Assembly (NCBI GenBank): GCA_902546145.1
Contig: CACCIT010000003.1
Span: forward strand, 4,689-68,688
Source: an uncultured Pelagibacteraceae bacterium
GTDB taxonomy: Bacteria > Pseudomonadota > Alphaproteobacteria > Pelagibacterales > Pelagibacteraceae
Length of the DNA stretch: 64,000 nt
Reading direction: 5' to 3'
The notes under the pieces are model-generated. The model was not told the DNA's origin. It saw nothing but the letters and a program-made list of their open reading frames with translations, and made no database searches. Shown here in pieces: positions 47,430 to 58,428 of the stretch (positions are counted from its first letter, which is position 1; the number at the start of each line of letters is the position of its first letter). The translations under genes and the position numbers were made by a program.

Positions 47430-50056
47430 TATATACCCTTTATTGTTACTGATATTTTTTCAATATCATTCTTTAAATTATTATAATTAGTTTTTTCTTG
47501 TTCAACAATCTCTTTTGGTGCACGATCAATAAAACTTTTATTCTCTAATCTTTGAGAAATTTTATTCATTTCTTGTTCTAATTTACTTTGTTTAGTTGTT
47601 AAGTTTTCTTTAATTAATTTTAAATCCACATCTTTATCAAAATAAATTTTAAATAAGTCACCTGAAACAACCATTGTTGCAGCAGGTTTTTCTAAATCAT
47701 CATTAAGTATGCTGTTTATTCTTCCAAGTTTTTTTAAGATAACTTCATTCTTATTAATAAATTCTTTTTGATTGTCATTGATACCTCTAACTGAAACATC
47801 AATAAATGATCCTGGGCTAACATTTAGCTCATTTTTAAAAGATCTAAGCTCTGAAATTATATTGATGATGTTTTCTACCTGCTCAGTGCTATCATCTTTC
47901 TTAGTCTCTCCAATTACCCAATTTTTATGCATTAAAAAATCACTACCATTCTTATCAAATTGGTCTTTGAGCCATATTTCCTCTGTTACAAACGGAATAA
48001 ATGGATGAAGTAAGATTAATATTTGTTTAAATACATAAGATGATACTTTTTTAACCTCTGCTTTTGCGTCATTATCATCTGAAAATAAGATAGTTTTAGA
48101 TAACTCTAGATACCAATCACAATATGAGTGCCAAGCAAACTGATAGGCGTTTTTTGCAGCTTCATCAAATCTATAATCTTCAAGATTTTTTTGAATTTTG
48201 TTCTTTGCCTCTACTAACTCTGAATAAATCCACTTATTAATATTTACATTTAAATTAGGTAGATCATCAATATCTTTAAAATCACATTCATTTGTTATTA
48301 AAAAGTTATTAGCATTCCATAATTTATTTAGAAAATTTCTATAACCTTTAACTCTATCTTCTGATAATTTTACATCGGTCCCAGGTGAAGCCATTGAAAG
48401 CAGGGTAAATCTCAATGCATCAGCACTATATTTTTCAATTAAATCTAAAGGATCAATTACGTTTCCTTTTGATTTAGACATTTTCTGTCCTTTTTCATCT
48501 CTTACAAGTGCATGAACATATATGTCTTTAAACGGTTCTTTATTTAAAAATTCCGTTCCAAACATAATCATTCTAGCAACCCAGAAAAAGATTATATCAA
48601 AACCAGTTACCAATACTGAAGTTGGATAAAATTTCTTTAAATAATTATCATCTTCTGGCCACCCTAAAGTAGCAAAAGGCCATAAACCAGATGAAAACCA
48701 AGTATCCAAAACATCAGGATCTCTATTTAGTTCTACTTCTTTTTTGTAAAATTCTTTTGCTTGTGATTTTGCTTCTTCTTCATTTATAGCAACAAAAATT
48801 TTGTTATCTGGTCCGTACCATGCAGGTATTTGATGTCCCCACCACAATTGTCTTGAAATACACCAAGGCTCAATATTGTTCATCCATTGAAAATATGTCT
48901 TTGACCAATTTTCAGGAAAAAAATTTGTTTTTTTAGAATTAACAACTTCTTTTGCTTTAACAGATAATTTACCAGCATCAGCAAACCATTGCTCTGTTAG
49001 AAAAGGTTCAATTATAGAATTAGATCTATCACCATATGGAACTTTATTTTTAATATTTTCTTCTTTTACAAAAAATTCTTTTTCTTTCAGTTCTTTTAAA
49101 ATTCTTTTTCTAGCTTCAAATCTATCAAGACCTACGTAATGCTTGGGAGCATTTTCATTTATCTTACCTTCTTCAGTAAAAATATTAATGATTTCAAGAT
49201 TGTTTCTTTGACCTACATCATAATCATTAAAATCATGTGCAGGAGTTATTTTTAATGCACCTGTACCCTGTTCAGGATCAGCATAATCGTCTTCTATAAT
49301 TTTTATTTTTCTACCAACAATTGGTATAGTTACTGTTTTACCAACGAATGATTTAAACCTTTCATCTTTTGGATTAACGGCTATAGCAGTGTCGCCTAGC
49401 ATTGTTTCAGGTCTTGTAGTTGCTATAGTTATAAATTCGCTGGTTCCATCTATAGGATATTTAATATAATAAATTTTTGAATTTACTTCTCTTTGATCTA
49501 CCTCTAAATCTGAAATAGCTGTCTTAAGAACAGTGTCCCAGTTTACTAATTTCTTATCTTTGTAAATTAAACCTTTATTGTAAAGCTCTACAAAAACTTT
49601 GATAACTGATTTGGATAAATTTTCATCCATTGTGAATGCATTTCTTGACCAGTCACAAGAACAACCAAGTTTTTTTAATTGGTTAATTATTATGTCACCA
49701 TATTGCTCTTTCCATTCCCAAACTTTTTCAATAAATTTGTCCCTACCAATCTCATTCTTATCTATCTTTTCAGAAGTGAGTTTTTTCTCTACTAAAGCTT
49801 GAGTTGCAATACCAGCATGGTCAGTTCCTGGTTGCCATAAAGTTTCATAATTATTCATCCGATGATAACGAACTAATAAATCCTGAATAGAATTATTTAA
49901 TGCGTGCCCCATATGGAGGCTACCAGTTACATTTGGTGGAGGAATTACTATTGAAAATTTTTTAGAATTTTCTTTTGGTTTAAATAGTTCATTTTTTTCC
50001 CAATATGAATAAATCTTATTTTCAACTTCAGAATGGATATATTTATCATTACTCAT
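47429..50056 (-). CDS. valS: valyl-tRNA synthetase
   Basis: [30 protein letters not shown]-terminal coiled coil. Confidence 0.98.
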   Translation of the reverse strand: MSNDKYIHSEVENKIYSYWEKNELFKPKENSKKFSIVIPPPNVTGSLHMGHALNNSIQDLLVRYHRMNNYETLWQPGTDHAGIATQALVEKKLTSEKIDKNEIGRDKFIEKVWEWKEQYGDIIINQLKKLGCSCDWSRNAFTMDENLSKSVIKVFVELYNKGLIYKDKKLVNWDTVLKTAISDLEVDQREVNSKIYYIKYPIDGTSEFITIATTRPETMLGDTAIAVNPKDERFKSFVGKTVTIPIVGRKIKIIEDDYADPEQGTGALKITPAHDFNDYDVGQRNNLEIINIFTEEGKINENAPKHYVGLDRFEARKRILKELKEKEFFVKEENIKNKVPYGDRSNSIIEPFLTEQWFADAGKLSVKAKEVVNSKKTNFFPENWSKTYFQWMNNIEPWCISRQLWWGHQIPAWYGPDNKIFVAINEEEAKSQAKEFYKKEVELNRDPDVLDTWFSSGLWPFATLGWPEDDNYLKKFYPTSVLVTGFDIIFFWVARMIMFGTEFLNKEPFKDIYVHALVRDEKGQKMSKSKGNVIDPLDLIEKYSADALRFTLLSMASPGTDVKLSEDRVKGYRNFLNKLWNANNFLITNECDFKDIDDLPNLNVNINKWIYSELVEAKNKIQKNLEDYRFDEAAKNAYQFAWHSYCDWYLELSKTILFSDDNDAKAEVKKVSSYVFKQILILLHPFIPFVTEEIWLKDQFDKNGSDFLMHKNWVIGETKKDDSTEQVENIINIISELRSFKNELNVSPGSFIDVSVRGINDNQKEFINKNEVILKKLGRINSILNDDLEKPAATMVVSGDLFKIYFDKDVDLKLIKENLTTKQSKLEQEMNKISQRLENKSFIDRAPKEIVEQEKTNYNNLKNDIEKISVTIKGI

Positions 50057-50175
50057 TGATTTTAAAGTTTATAATTTAATAATCTTATTTAACAATAATC
50101 AATTTGGATCGTTATTTAATAGACTAATATTAAAAATTTAATATAAAAAGGCCTGAAGCTATTCGTCTAAAAGAT

Positions 50176-50249
50176 GGCAACGTGGCGGAATGGTTACGCA
50201 GAGGATTGCAAATCCTTGTATCCCGGTTCGATTCCGGGCGTTGCCTCCA
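50176..50249 (+). tRNA. tRNA-Cys(GCA)
   Basis: GGCAACG acceptor stem, GAGGA-TTGCAAA-TCCTT anticodon arm, GTTCGATT, encoded CCA. Confidence 0.96.
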
Positions 50250-50299
50250 AAAAAAATCTTGTTTTAGTTTTAAAAAAAAGTAAGTTGTGATTTTTACAT

Positions 50300-50375
50300 T
50301 CCTCGGTAGCTCAGTTGGTAGAGCAGTTGACTGTTAATCAATTGGTCGCAGGTTCGAGTCCTGCCCGAGGAGCCA
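50300..50375 (+). tRNA. tRNA-Asn(GTT)
   Basis: TCCTCGG acceptor stem, GTTGA-CTGTTAA-TCAAT anticodon arm, GTTCGAGT, encoded CCA. Confidence 0.96.
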
Positions 50376-50413
50376 AAAAAAAATAATCTAGAAATATATT
50401 TGATAATACGCAA

Positions 50414-50441
50414 ATAACCAAAGGGGTCCCATTTTGGTTAT
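50414..50441. terminator. hairpin between the tRNAs and the convergent XRE gene
   Basis: ataaccaaa-N10-tttggttat. Confidence 0.55.
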
Positions 50442-50443
50442 GA

Positions 50444-50815
50444 TTAAACTGCTTTAGAAATATTAGATCCTGAAATTTGTAATGTTTTGTTAAATTTTAA
50501 TTTTTGATCAGCATTAAGTTCTGAATAAACTTTTGCTAAAAAATTATAATTAACATTCATATGTCCTTCTTGAGATTTTTCTAAATTAACTAAATATTCT
50601 GAAAAATCTTCAAAGAAATAATTGATCGGCACTTTTAAATAATTTGAAAGTTGAAGTAATCTAATTGAACTTACTCCATTAGTTCCTTTTTCGTATTTTT
50701 GAATTTGTTGAAATGTTACGTTAATTGCTTTTGCAACTTTTGTTTGGGTTAAACCTAAAGCCAATCTTCTTAACTTAAGTTTGTTCCCTAAGTGTTTGTT
50801 GAAATTATCTTCCAT
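50444..50815 (-). CDS. XRE-family HTH transcriptional regulator
   Basis: GLTQ..VA..INVTFQQIQKYEKGTN; GAGGGG SD. Confidence 0.9.
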   Translation of the reverse strand: MEDNFNKHLGNKLKLRRLALGLTQTKVAKAINVTFQQIQKYEKGTNGVSSIRLLQLSNYLKVPINYFFEDFSEYLVNLEKSQEGHMNVNYNFLAKVYSELNADQKLKFNKTLQISGSNISKAV

Positions 50816-50961
50816 TAAGACCCCTCTTAATTAAATTTTAAAACTCTATTGAACAAATTTATTTGATCTACTGCAATAGAAAAATTTATTTATTTTAATA
50901 AAAAAACCTCAAAAACTAAAAACTTGTCAAGCAATTGTTAAGATTAGAATGTATATAAATT

Positions 50962-51696
50962 TTACAAGATTTGGCTTAAAAAAAGCTTGGTACGATCACT
51001 CTTTGGATTAGCAAAAAACTCTTTTGTGTCGGCTTTTTCTACTATCATACCTTCATCCATAAAGATCATTTTATCTGCAACTTCCTTAGCAAAGCCCATT
51101 TCGTGTGTAACAACAATCATCGTCATACCTTGGTTAGCTAAATCAACCATTACATCAAGAACTTCCTTAATCATTTCTGGGTCAAGGGCTGATGTTGGTT
51201 CATCAAACAACATAATCTTTGGTTCCATGCATAAAGCTCTAGCAATTGCTACCCTTTGTTGCTGACCGCCAGATAATTGACCTGGAAATTTTTGAGCTTG
51301 GTCAAGTATTTGAACTCTTTCTAAATGTTTTAGTGCTAATTCTTCAGCTTCTTTTTTAGGCATTTTTTTTACCCAAATAGGAGCAAGTGTGCAGTTATCT
51401 ACAATAGATAAATGGGGAAATAGATTAAATTGCTGGAACACCATTCCAACTTCAGCTCTAATTTGTTCAATATTTTTTGTATCTTCAGTTAAAGTATTGC
51501 CATCAACAATGATATCTCCTTGTTGATGTTCTTCTAATCTGTTTATGCATCTAATTAATGTAGATTTACCAGATCCAGATGGTCCACAAACTACAATTTT
51601 TTCTTTTGGTTTAACTTCTAAATTTATGTCTTTTAATACTTGGAAATCTCCAAACCACTTATTTACATTTTTAATTTGAATAATACTGTCAGACAT
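50962..51696 (-). CDS. aapP: general L-amino acid ABC transporter ATPase
   Basis: [31 protein letters not shown]. Confidence 0.92.
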   Translation of the reverse strand: MSDSIIQIKNVNKWFGDFQVLKDINLEVKPKEKIVVCGPSGSGKSTLIRCINRLEEHQQGDIIVDGNTLTEDTKNIEQIRAEVGMVFQQFNLFPHLSIVDNCTLAPIWVKKMPKKEAEELALKHLERVQILDQAQKFPGQLSGGQQQRVAIARALCMEPKIMLFDEPTSALDPEMIKEVLDVMVDLANQGMTMIVVTHEMGFAKEVADKMIFMDEGMIVEKADTKEFFANPKSDRTKLFLSQIL

Positions 51697-51698
51697 AA

Positions 51699-53141
51699 TT
51701 ATCGCTCTGTTTTATATTTTTGTTCTAAATTATAGCTATACTTACTCATTGCATAACAAATAATCCAGAAAATTATTGCTGCAAATACATAGCCTTCCAT
51801 TGCAAATCCTAACCATTCTGGATTAGTTTTTGCTAAATTTAACATCCCAACTATCTCTAATAATCCAACTACAAATATTAAAGGTGTGTCTTTAACTAAT
51901 GCTAAGAAAGTATTAGCAATACCAGGAATTACTAATTTAAGTGCTTGAGGTAAGATTACAAATATGTGCATCTTCCAATATCCCATACCTAATGATTTTG
52001 CTGCCTCGTATTGACCTCTTGGTAAAGCTTGCAAACCTCCTCTTATAACTTCTGCAACATAAGCAGCTTCGAATAATGAAATTGCAATAATTGCTCTAAC
52101 TAGCTTATCTATGAAAAAATCTTCCGGTAAAAACATTGGAAACATTACAGCAGACATAAATAGAACTGTTATAAGCGGTACCCCTCTCCAAAATTCAATA
52201 AATCCTACAGATATATATCTAATCAAAGGTAACTCAGATCTTCTTCCTAAAGCAAAAGCCATCCCAATAGGAAAACAGAAAATTAAACAGAAGAAAGAAA
52301 TAATGAATGTCAGAGACAATCCACCCCAAGCACCAGTTTCAACCCAATTTAAACCATCAAGTTTACCAAGCTCAATTAACTCTTCATAAAAAACGAAGTA
52401 CTTAAGAACTATATAAAGAGTAATTGGTACTATTAAAAAATAGTAAAACTTAAATCTACTTGGAATAAAAAATCCAAGAATAATTGAAATAACTGCAGCG
52501 ATTATACCATAAGAGAAATCAAAAAATACTGGTCCGCCTGATATAAAAAAGAAAATAAATAAAAAAGCGATAAAAGGATAAATAACTACATAGTATAAAG
52601 TCAAATACTTTTTAAATTTCTCTGTCGCAAAATATCCAACTGATCCAAGTAATGCCAAAGAAATAAAAGATAAATTTATTCTCCATTGTTCAGCATTTGG
52701 ATACATACCATACATAAATCTGTTAAACCAAACTTTGATATATGTCCAACATGCACCAGATCCAGAGCAAACATCTTTACTATCTCCTGCAAAACTAGCA
52801 TCAACAAAAAACCAACTTAGAATTGGTGGTGTTGCTTTTATGATTACAAAAATAATTAATAATGAAAGAACTGCGTTAAAACTATTGGTATTAATATTTT
52901 TGTTTAGACTGTCTAAAAATTTATATCCACTATGTTCAATCCTAATAAAATGAAGACCTATAAATCCAATCACTAAAGGTATCACAAAACTTAGCAAAGT
53001 TGGTAGGAAACCCGTGATGTTAACATTAAAAAAAGAATTCAAAAATACATCTAAAACACTAATAGAAAACAACAAAGAACCCAAATACAGAAATGTATTT
53101 AAATTATCTTTATCAGGTCTTAAAAAATTAATTTTTGACAT
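51699..53141 (-). CDS. aapM: general L-amino acid ABC permease
   Basis: [26 protein letters not shown]. Confidence 0.9.
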   Translation of the reverse strand: MSKINFLRPDKDNLNTFLYLGSLLFSISVLDVFLNSFFNVNITGFLPTLLSFVIPLVIGFIGLHFIRIEHSGYKFLDSLNKNINTNSFNAVLSLLIIFVIIKATPPILSWFFVDASFAGDSKDVCSGSGACWTYIKVWFNRFMYGMYPNAEQWRINLSFISLALLGSVGYFATEKFKKYLTLYYVVIYPFIAFLFIFFFISGGPVFFDFSYGIIAAVISIILGFFIPSRFKFYYFLIVPITLYIVLKYFVFYEELIELGKLDGLNWVETGAWGGLSLTFIISFFCLIFCFPIGMAFALGRRSELPLIRYISVGFIEFWRGVPLITVLFMSAVMFPMFLPEDFFIDKLVRAIIAISLFEAAYVAEVIRGGLQALPRGQYEAAKSLGMGYWKMHIFVILPQALKLVIPGIANTFLALVKDTPLIFVVGLLEIVGMLNLAKTNPEWLGFAMEGYVFAAIIFWIICYAMSKYSYNLEQKYKTER

Positions 53142-54293
53142 TTATTTTTCCTTAATAGCAATTTTTTTATTGTACCAATTCATCAATATAGAAATTGATA
53201 TACTCAAACTTAAGTAAGTAAGCATAGTAATAGAAACGATCTCAATAGCTTTTCCTGTTTGCATTAATGCAGTTCCTGCAAATACTAAAACTAAATCAGG
53301 GTAAGCAATTGCAGCCGCTAATGATGAATTTTTTGTTAAATTTAAATATTGGTTAGTAGTTGGTGGTATAATAATTCTTAAAGCTTGAGGCATTACTACT
53401 AATTTTAAAACTTGATTTGGGTTTAAACCAATCGATGCAGCAGCCTCTTTTTGACCTTTTCCAACACCTTGAATTCCAGCTCTTACACACTCAGCAATAA
53501 AAGTTGCTGTATATAATGCTAAAGATAAAGTTAATGCAATTAATTCAGGTGGTAAATTTAATCCTCCTTCATATTTATAAGAAGTTGCAGCTAGTTGTTT
53601 TAATTTAGGTATCTCAAATGAAAGGCTTACACCTCCTATTAAAAAACTTAGTAGAGGTAATATAAAAATTAATCCTAAAGATATCCACAATACCGGTAAC
53701 TGTTTACCTTGGGTTTCTTGAACTTTTCTTGCATGAATTCTAATAACAACTATTGCAATTATTGCTGCAACTATTGAATAAAAGAAAACATTAAAATTTT
53801 CCCAAACAAAAGCTGGAACATACAAGCCTTTAATAGTTAAAAAGAAGACACCAAACATTGCATCAGCATCCTGAGGTAAAGGTAAAGCTCTCAATGCTGC
53901 AAAATACCAAAAAAATATTTGTAAAAGTAATGGAATATTTCTAAAAAATTCTACATAAAAAGCTGCAAATTTATTAATTAAATAATTTGGCGAAAGTCTT
54001 GCTACACCTACAATTATTCCAAGTATAGTTGCAATGATAATTCCAATTACAGAAACTAAAATAGTGTTTAACAAACCAACGAGATATGCTCTAAAATAAG
54101 AATGTGATCCGTCGTATTCTATTAAAGAAAATTGAACATCAAATGAAGACTCTTGAGATAAAAAACCATATCCAAAATCAATACCTCTGTTTTCCATATT
54201 GACTTGGGCGTTATAACTAAAGAAACCAAAAACTAGAACTACTGCTAAAACTGTAATTAATTGAGGAACTATTTTTTGTAATTTGAAGTTCAT
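53142..54293 (-). CDS. aapQ: general L-amino acid ABC permease
   Basis: GLLNT, RNIPLLLQ, NQYLNLTKNSSLA. Confidence 0.92.
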   Translation of the reverse strand: MNFKLQKIVPQLITVLAVVLVFGFFSYNAQVNMENRGIDFGYGFLSQESSFDVQFSLIEYDGSHSYFRAYLVGLLNTILVSVIGIIIATILGIIVGVARLSPNYLINKFAAFYVEFFRNIPLLLQIFFWYFAALRALPLPQDADAMFGVFFLTIKGLYVPAFVWENFNVFFYSIVAAIIAIVVIRIHARKVQETQGKQLPVLWISLGLIFILPLLSFLIGGVSLSFEIPKLKQLAATSYKYEGGLNLPPELIALTLSLALYTATFIAECVRAGIQGVGKGQKEAAASIGLNPNQVLKLVVMPQALRIIIPPTTNQYLNLTKNSSLAAAIAYPDLVLVFAGTALMQTGKAIEIVSITMLTYLSLSISISILMNWYNKKIAIKEK

Positions 54294-54308
54294 TTAAGAG
54301 CTTATAAA

Positions 54309-54338
54309 AAAAAGGGCTAGAAAAATCTAGCCCTTTTT
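54309..54338 (-). terminator. intra-operon hairpin after aapJ
   Basis: aaaaagggctaga-aaaa-tctagcccttttt. Confidence 0.75.
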
Positions 54339-54356
54339 AATTAGTTAAATATGCAA

Positions 54357-55397
54357 TTATCTTGCAGGTGGTACGTAAAGAATTCCACCTTTAGTCCATA
54401 ATTCATTTGGACCTCTGTCTGGTAAAATTCCAGTGTCAGCTATATTTCTTTTGTAGCTTTCACCATAGTTACCTACTTGCTTGATAATTCTTAAGCTCCA
54501 CTCATTGTCTAGACCAAAAGCAGCACCTAATTCACCTTCAGCACCAACTAATCTTTTTACAGCTGGGTTGTCTGAAGTTTTCATAGAATCTGCATTAGCT
54601 GAAGTAATTCCATACTCCTCAGCTTCGATCATAGCATTTAAAGACCATCTAACGATATCTTCCCATACTGAGTCACCTTGTCTAACAACTGGTCCTAAAG
54701 GCTCTTTAGAAACAGTTTCAGGTAATACAATGTGATCATCTGGGTTACTCATTTTAGTTCTTTGTGCAGCAAGACCTGATTTATCAGTAGTGTAAGTATC
54801 ACATCTACCAGCATCATAAGCAGCTACGACTTCGTCAGCTTTTTCGAAAGCAACTGGCTCATAAGAAATTCCTTTAGAGTTAAAGAAGTCTCTCATGTTT
54901 AACTCAGTTGTTGTACCAATGTTTGTACAAGCTGAGATACCATCTTTGAATTGGCTTGTTGAAGTGATACCTGAACTTTTTCTAACCATGAAACCTTGAC
55001 CATCGTAGAAGTTTACTCCAACGAAAGTTAGTCCGATATCAGCATCTCTAGAAAGAGTCCAAGTTGTGTTTCTTGACAAGATATCAATCTCACCAGAAGT
55101 TAAAGCTGTAAATCTTTCTTTAGCACTTAATGGCGTAAACTTAACTTTGTTTGCATCACCTAGCACTGCAGCAGCTACCGCTCTACATACATCAACGTCA
55201 ATACCAGTCCAATTTCCTGCTGCATCAGCATTAGAAAATCCTGGAAGACCTTGAGATACTCCACATCTTACAAAACCCTTCTTTTGAGTGTTTTTAAGTG
55301 TTTTAGATTTTTTAGCAGCCATAGTTTCTGTTGTAAAAGTAAACAACACTGCAACCATTGCTACTAAAGAAGTTAATTGTTTTAAGTATTTAAACAT
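54357..55397 (-). CDS. aapJ: general L-amino acid-binding protein
   Basis: CGVSQGLPGFS, LSRNTTWT, FYDGQGF, SKEPLGP, VGNYGE. Confidence 0.93.
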   Translation of the reverse strand: MFKYLKQLTSLVAMVAVLFTFTTETMAAKKSKTLKNTQKKGFVRCGVSQGLPGFSNADAAGNWTGIDVDVCRAVAAAVLGDANKVKFTPLSAKERFTALTSGEIDILSRNTTWTLSRDADIGLTFVGVNFYDGQGFMVRKSSGITSTSQFKDGISACTNIGTTTELNMRDFFNSKGISYEPVAFEKADEVVAAYDAGRCDTYTTDKSGLAAQRTKMSNPDDHIVLPETVSKEPLGPVVRQGDSVWEDIVRWSLNAMIEAEEYGITSANADSMKTSDNPAVKRLVGAEGELGAAFGLDNEWSLRIIKQVGNYGESYKRNIADTGILPDRGPNELWTKGGILYVPPAR

Positions 55398-55522
55398 TAT
55401 TCTTCCTTTTTAGTTATTTTTATTTGTTAACAAATAATTCAAAACTTAGTTTTGAATTCGCAGGATTAAACCATTTTAGAAAAACTACTTCAAGAAGAAA
55501 TTATGGTTAAAAGACTAAGGAA

Positions 55523-55599
55523 TGGCGCGCCCTGAAGGATTCGAACCTACGACCCTCGGTTTAGAAAACCGATGCTCTATCCAGCTGAGCTAAGGGCGC
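55523..55599 (-). tRNA. tRNA-Arg(TCT)
   Basis: GCGCCCT acceptor stem, TCGGT-TTTCTAA-ACCGA anticodon arm, GTTCGAAT, encoded CCA. Confidence 0.93.
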
Positions 55600-55628
55600 A
55601 ATATTTGAAACACTTATATATTACAAAT

Positions 55629-57032
55629 TTAATATTTAAACAGAAATTTTCTAGCGATCAATAATAAAGATAACAATTCAATACGACCAATAATCATAAA
55701 GAAAATAAGAATATATTTAGTAATAAAATGTAAACTTTGAAAATCAAAATCACTTATTCCATATGCTGAAGAATTAACTGTATTCATTAATGTTAATACT
55801 GCAATTTTAAATGAATATTCAAAATTTATATCACTCAAAGATAAAAAAATTGTTAACGAAAAAAGTGAAATTATAAAAATAATAATTGTAAGAAAATATT
55901 TATTTATATCTTGGGTTGCAAAATTAATTTTAGAAAATGCTAGCTTATTCATAAATACGTTTTTTGGTCTACTAAAAGAAAGTATTTGGTTTAAAGAATA
56001 TTTTGTTAATGAATATATTTTTAAAAATCTTAATCCAGAACTTGTAGAGATAAATGAACCTCCAATTATCACTAAAAGTAAGTACAAGAATTGAAGGTTA
56101 GTTTGCTCAACGTTCAATGAAATTCCTATATTAGAAATACTACTTACTAAAGATAAAAAACTGTAAGAAAAAGTATTATCATAACTAAAAAATATAAAAA
56201 ATATTCCAACTATAATTACAAAATATAAAAATAAATGAATATCTTCATGAAAGAAATTAAAATTTTTTCTTAAAAATATTAAATTGTATACAAAAAAAAT
56301 ACTAAAGAAAGAAACTAGCATTAATAATGAAAAAATTATTATCTGGGAATTTTGGACAAGTATTGTTGATAGTTCATTAACAGGTAAAAAACCACCTGAT
56401 GAAATAATGGTCATTGCTAGATTTAATGAATTAAACGATCTTATTCCAAATAAATTAAGAATTATAAAAATAGCTAATGTTAAACTTGAATATAATATAA
56501 ATATTTTAATTGTTTGTTTTAAAATTTCAGTGGTATTAAATGATAAAAAGTTTGTAAGAGATTTTTTTAAATTTTCATCATAAATATCAATCAAAAAAAT
56601 TATAGAAAACAAAAAATATAATCCACCTATCCATTGAATTGACGATCGCCAGATAATTAAACCCTGATCAATATGTTTTATATTTTCAAATATTGTAAAA
56701 CCAGTTGAGGTAAAACCAGAAACAGCTTCAAATAAAGCATTTAAAAAAGTTAAATTATAAATACTAAAATAAAATGGAATGGATAAAACTAAAGGCATAA
56801 GTAAATATCCCAAAAGAACAGTTAATATTTTTTCAAATATTGTTGGTTTTTTGTCTGTAAAATTAATTTTATAAAAGAAAAATCCAACTAAAGTAGATAT
56901 TACAAAGCTGTAATAATATGTATTTAAGTTTAAATATAAATTAAAATAATAAGAGTAAATGATGTTTAGAAATGAAAAAACTGAAATTAATAGAAAGAAA
57001 AAACTTAAATATTTTACCCGAAGTATTGGCAT
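55629..57032 (-). CDS. trkH: Trk potassium uptake membrane protein
   Basis: FEAVSGFTSTG, QWIGGL, MIIGRIE; follows trkA. Confidence 0.88.
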   Translation of the reverse strand: MPILRVKYLSFFFLLISVFSFLNIIYSYYFNLYLNLNTYYYSFVISTLVGFFFYKINFTDKKPTIFEKILTVLLGYLLMPLVLSIPFYFSIYNLTFLNALFEAVSGFTSTGFTIFENIKHIDQGLIIWRSSIQWIGGLYFLFSIIFLIDIYDENLKKSLTNFLSFNTTEILKQTIKIFILYSSLTLAIFIILNLFGIRSFNSLNLAMTIISSGGFLPVNELSTILVQNSQIIIFSLLMLVSFFSIFFVYNLIFLRKNFNFFHEDIHLFLYFVIIVGIFFIFFSYDNTFSYSFLSLVSSISNIGISLNVEQTNLQFLYLLLVIIGGSFISTSSGLRFLKIYSLTKYSLNQILSFSRPKNVFMNKLAFSKINFATQDINKYFLTIIIFIISLFSLTIFLSLSDINFEYSFKIAVLTLMNTVNSSAYGISDFDFQSLHFITKYILIFFMIIGRIELLSLLLIARKFLFKY

Positions 57033-57036
57033 TTAA

Positions 57037-58428
57037 TTAAATTGAGCTAATTCTAAAAATGTTTTCAACAACTGAGATTGATTCTTTTTTTGCTAAAAAA
57101 ACAACTTTATCATCTTTTTGAAATACAAAGTCTGATCTGGGTATAATTACTTTATCATCTCTAAGTACAGCACCTATTCTAATTTCCTCAGGTAGGTTTG
57201 AATTTTTTAATTCTTTGTTAATTAGTTCGGATGTCTCAATAATCTCGGCTTCAATTACCTCATATTCGCCATTCATAATTGTATAAGCAGTTTCAATTGT
57301 ACCTTTATGAATATGTTTTAAAATACTAGATACGGTATTCATTCTAGGATCTATTAAATCATCAATTTTAAGTGAATTCTGTAATAAAGAATAGTTTGGT
57401 TTATTGATTAAAGCCATCGTTCGTTTGTCATCAATTTCTTTTTCATCCTTTGCAAATTTTTCAACCAAAACACTTACCATTAAGTTATCCTCATCATCGT
57501 TTGTAAGAGCTAGAACTGTCTCTGCTTCTTCTAAATTTGCTTCTGTTAAAACCTCTTCATCCAAGGCATCTCCATTAATAACTATTGTATTGTTTAGCTC
57601 ACTTGCAAGAAATTCAGCCCTATCTTTATTTTTTTCAATAATTTTTACTCTTGCAGCATCTAAATTTTCTTCAATATTTTTGGCTAAATTAAAACCAATA
57701 TTACCTCCACCTACAATAAGTATTTTTTTTGAAATTTTCTCTGTATGACCAAAAGCTTCCAATGTTTCAGACATCTGGGTTGAATTTATAATCACATAAA
57801 TTTTATCATTGGCAATTATTTCATCAGTTTTTTTTGGAATAAAAAACCTCTCTTCTCTTATGACACCAATTACATTTGCTTTGAGGTTAGGGTATTTTTT
57901 TGTAAGATCACTTAATTTTATATTGATCAAGTTACAATTTTCATTAATTAATATTTCAAGCAACCTAATTTTATTTTCTGCAAAAGGTACACTATCTAAA
58001 GCACCAGGAGCCTCAAGTTTTCTTTGAATTGATTTTGCAATTTCAATTTCTGGTGAAATAATTACATCTATTGGTAAGTTTTCTTTATTATAAACTGTTG
58101 TAAACTTAGGATTTAAATAATCTTGTGATCTAATTCTTGCAATTTTTTTTGGAATTTTAAATATCGAAAAAGCAATTTGGCATATAACCATATTAATTTC
58201 GTCATTTCGAGTTACTGCTATAATCATGTCTGCTTCTTGAGCATTAGCTTTTTCAAGTATTGATGGGTAACTTCCTTTTCCAACAATAGCTTTTACATCT
58301 AGTGCATCGTCAATTTTTTGAATATCTTCGCTAGAAGGATCTATTACTGTAATAGAATGACCTTGTTCACTAAGCTGTTTAGCAATAGTAAAGCCTACCC
58401 TACCTGCGCCGCAAATGATTATATTCAT
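57037..58428 (-). CDS. trkA: Trk potassium uptake NAD-binding subunit
   Basis: Two RCK Rossmann motifs, GAGRVG and GGGNIG. Confidence 0.95.
   Translation of the reverse strand: MNIIICGAGRVGFTIAKQLSEQGHSITVIDPSSEDIQKIDDALDVKAIVGKGSYPSILEKANAQEADMIIAVTRNDEINMVICQIAFSIFKIPKKIARIRSQDYLNPKFTTVYNKENLPIDVIISPEIEIAKSIQRKLEAPGALDSVPFAENKIRLLEILINENCNLINIKLSDLTKKYPNLKANVIGVIREERFFIPKKTDEIIANDKIYVIINSTQMSETLEAFGHTEKISKKILIVGGGNIGFNLAKNIEENLDAARVKIIEKNKDRAEFLASELNNTIVINGDALDEEVLTEANLEEAETVLALTNDDEDNLMVSVLVEKFAKDEKEIDDKRTMALINKPNYSLLQNSLKIDDLIDPRMNTVSSILKHIHKGTIETAYTIMNGEYEVIEAEIIETSELINKELKNSNLPEEIRIGAVLRDDKVIIPRSDFVFQKDDKVVFLAKKESISVVENIFRISSI

Noticed and set aside
50176-50815. tRNAs plus XRE regulator as a prophage or integrative element site
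   Set aside because: No integrase, no duplicated tRNA 3' end seen, and the flanks are housekeeping genes.
55523-55599. T-T mismatch in the tRNA-Arg T-stem as a sign of a pseudo-tRNA
   Set aside because: It is a single mismatch; the other arms and the CCA end are intact.
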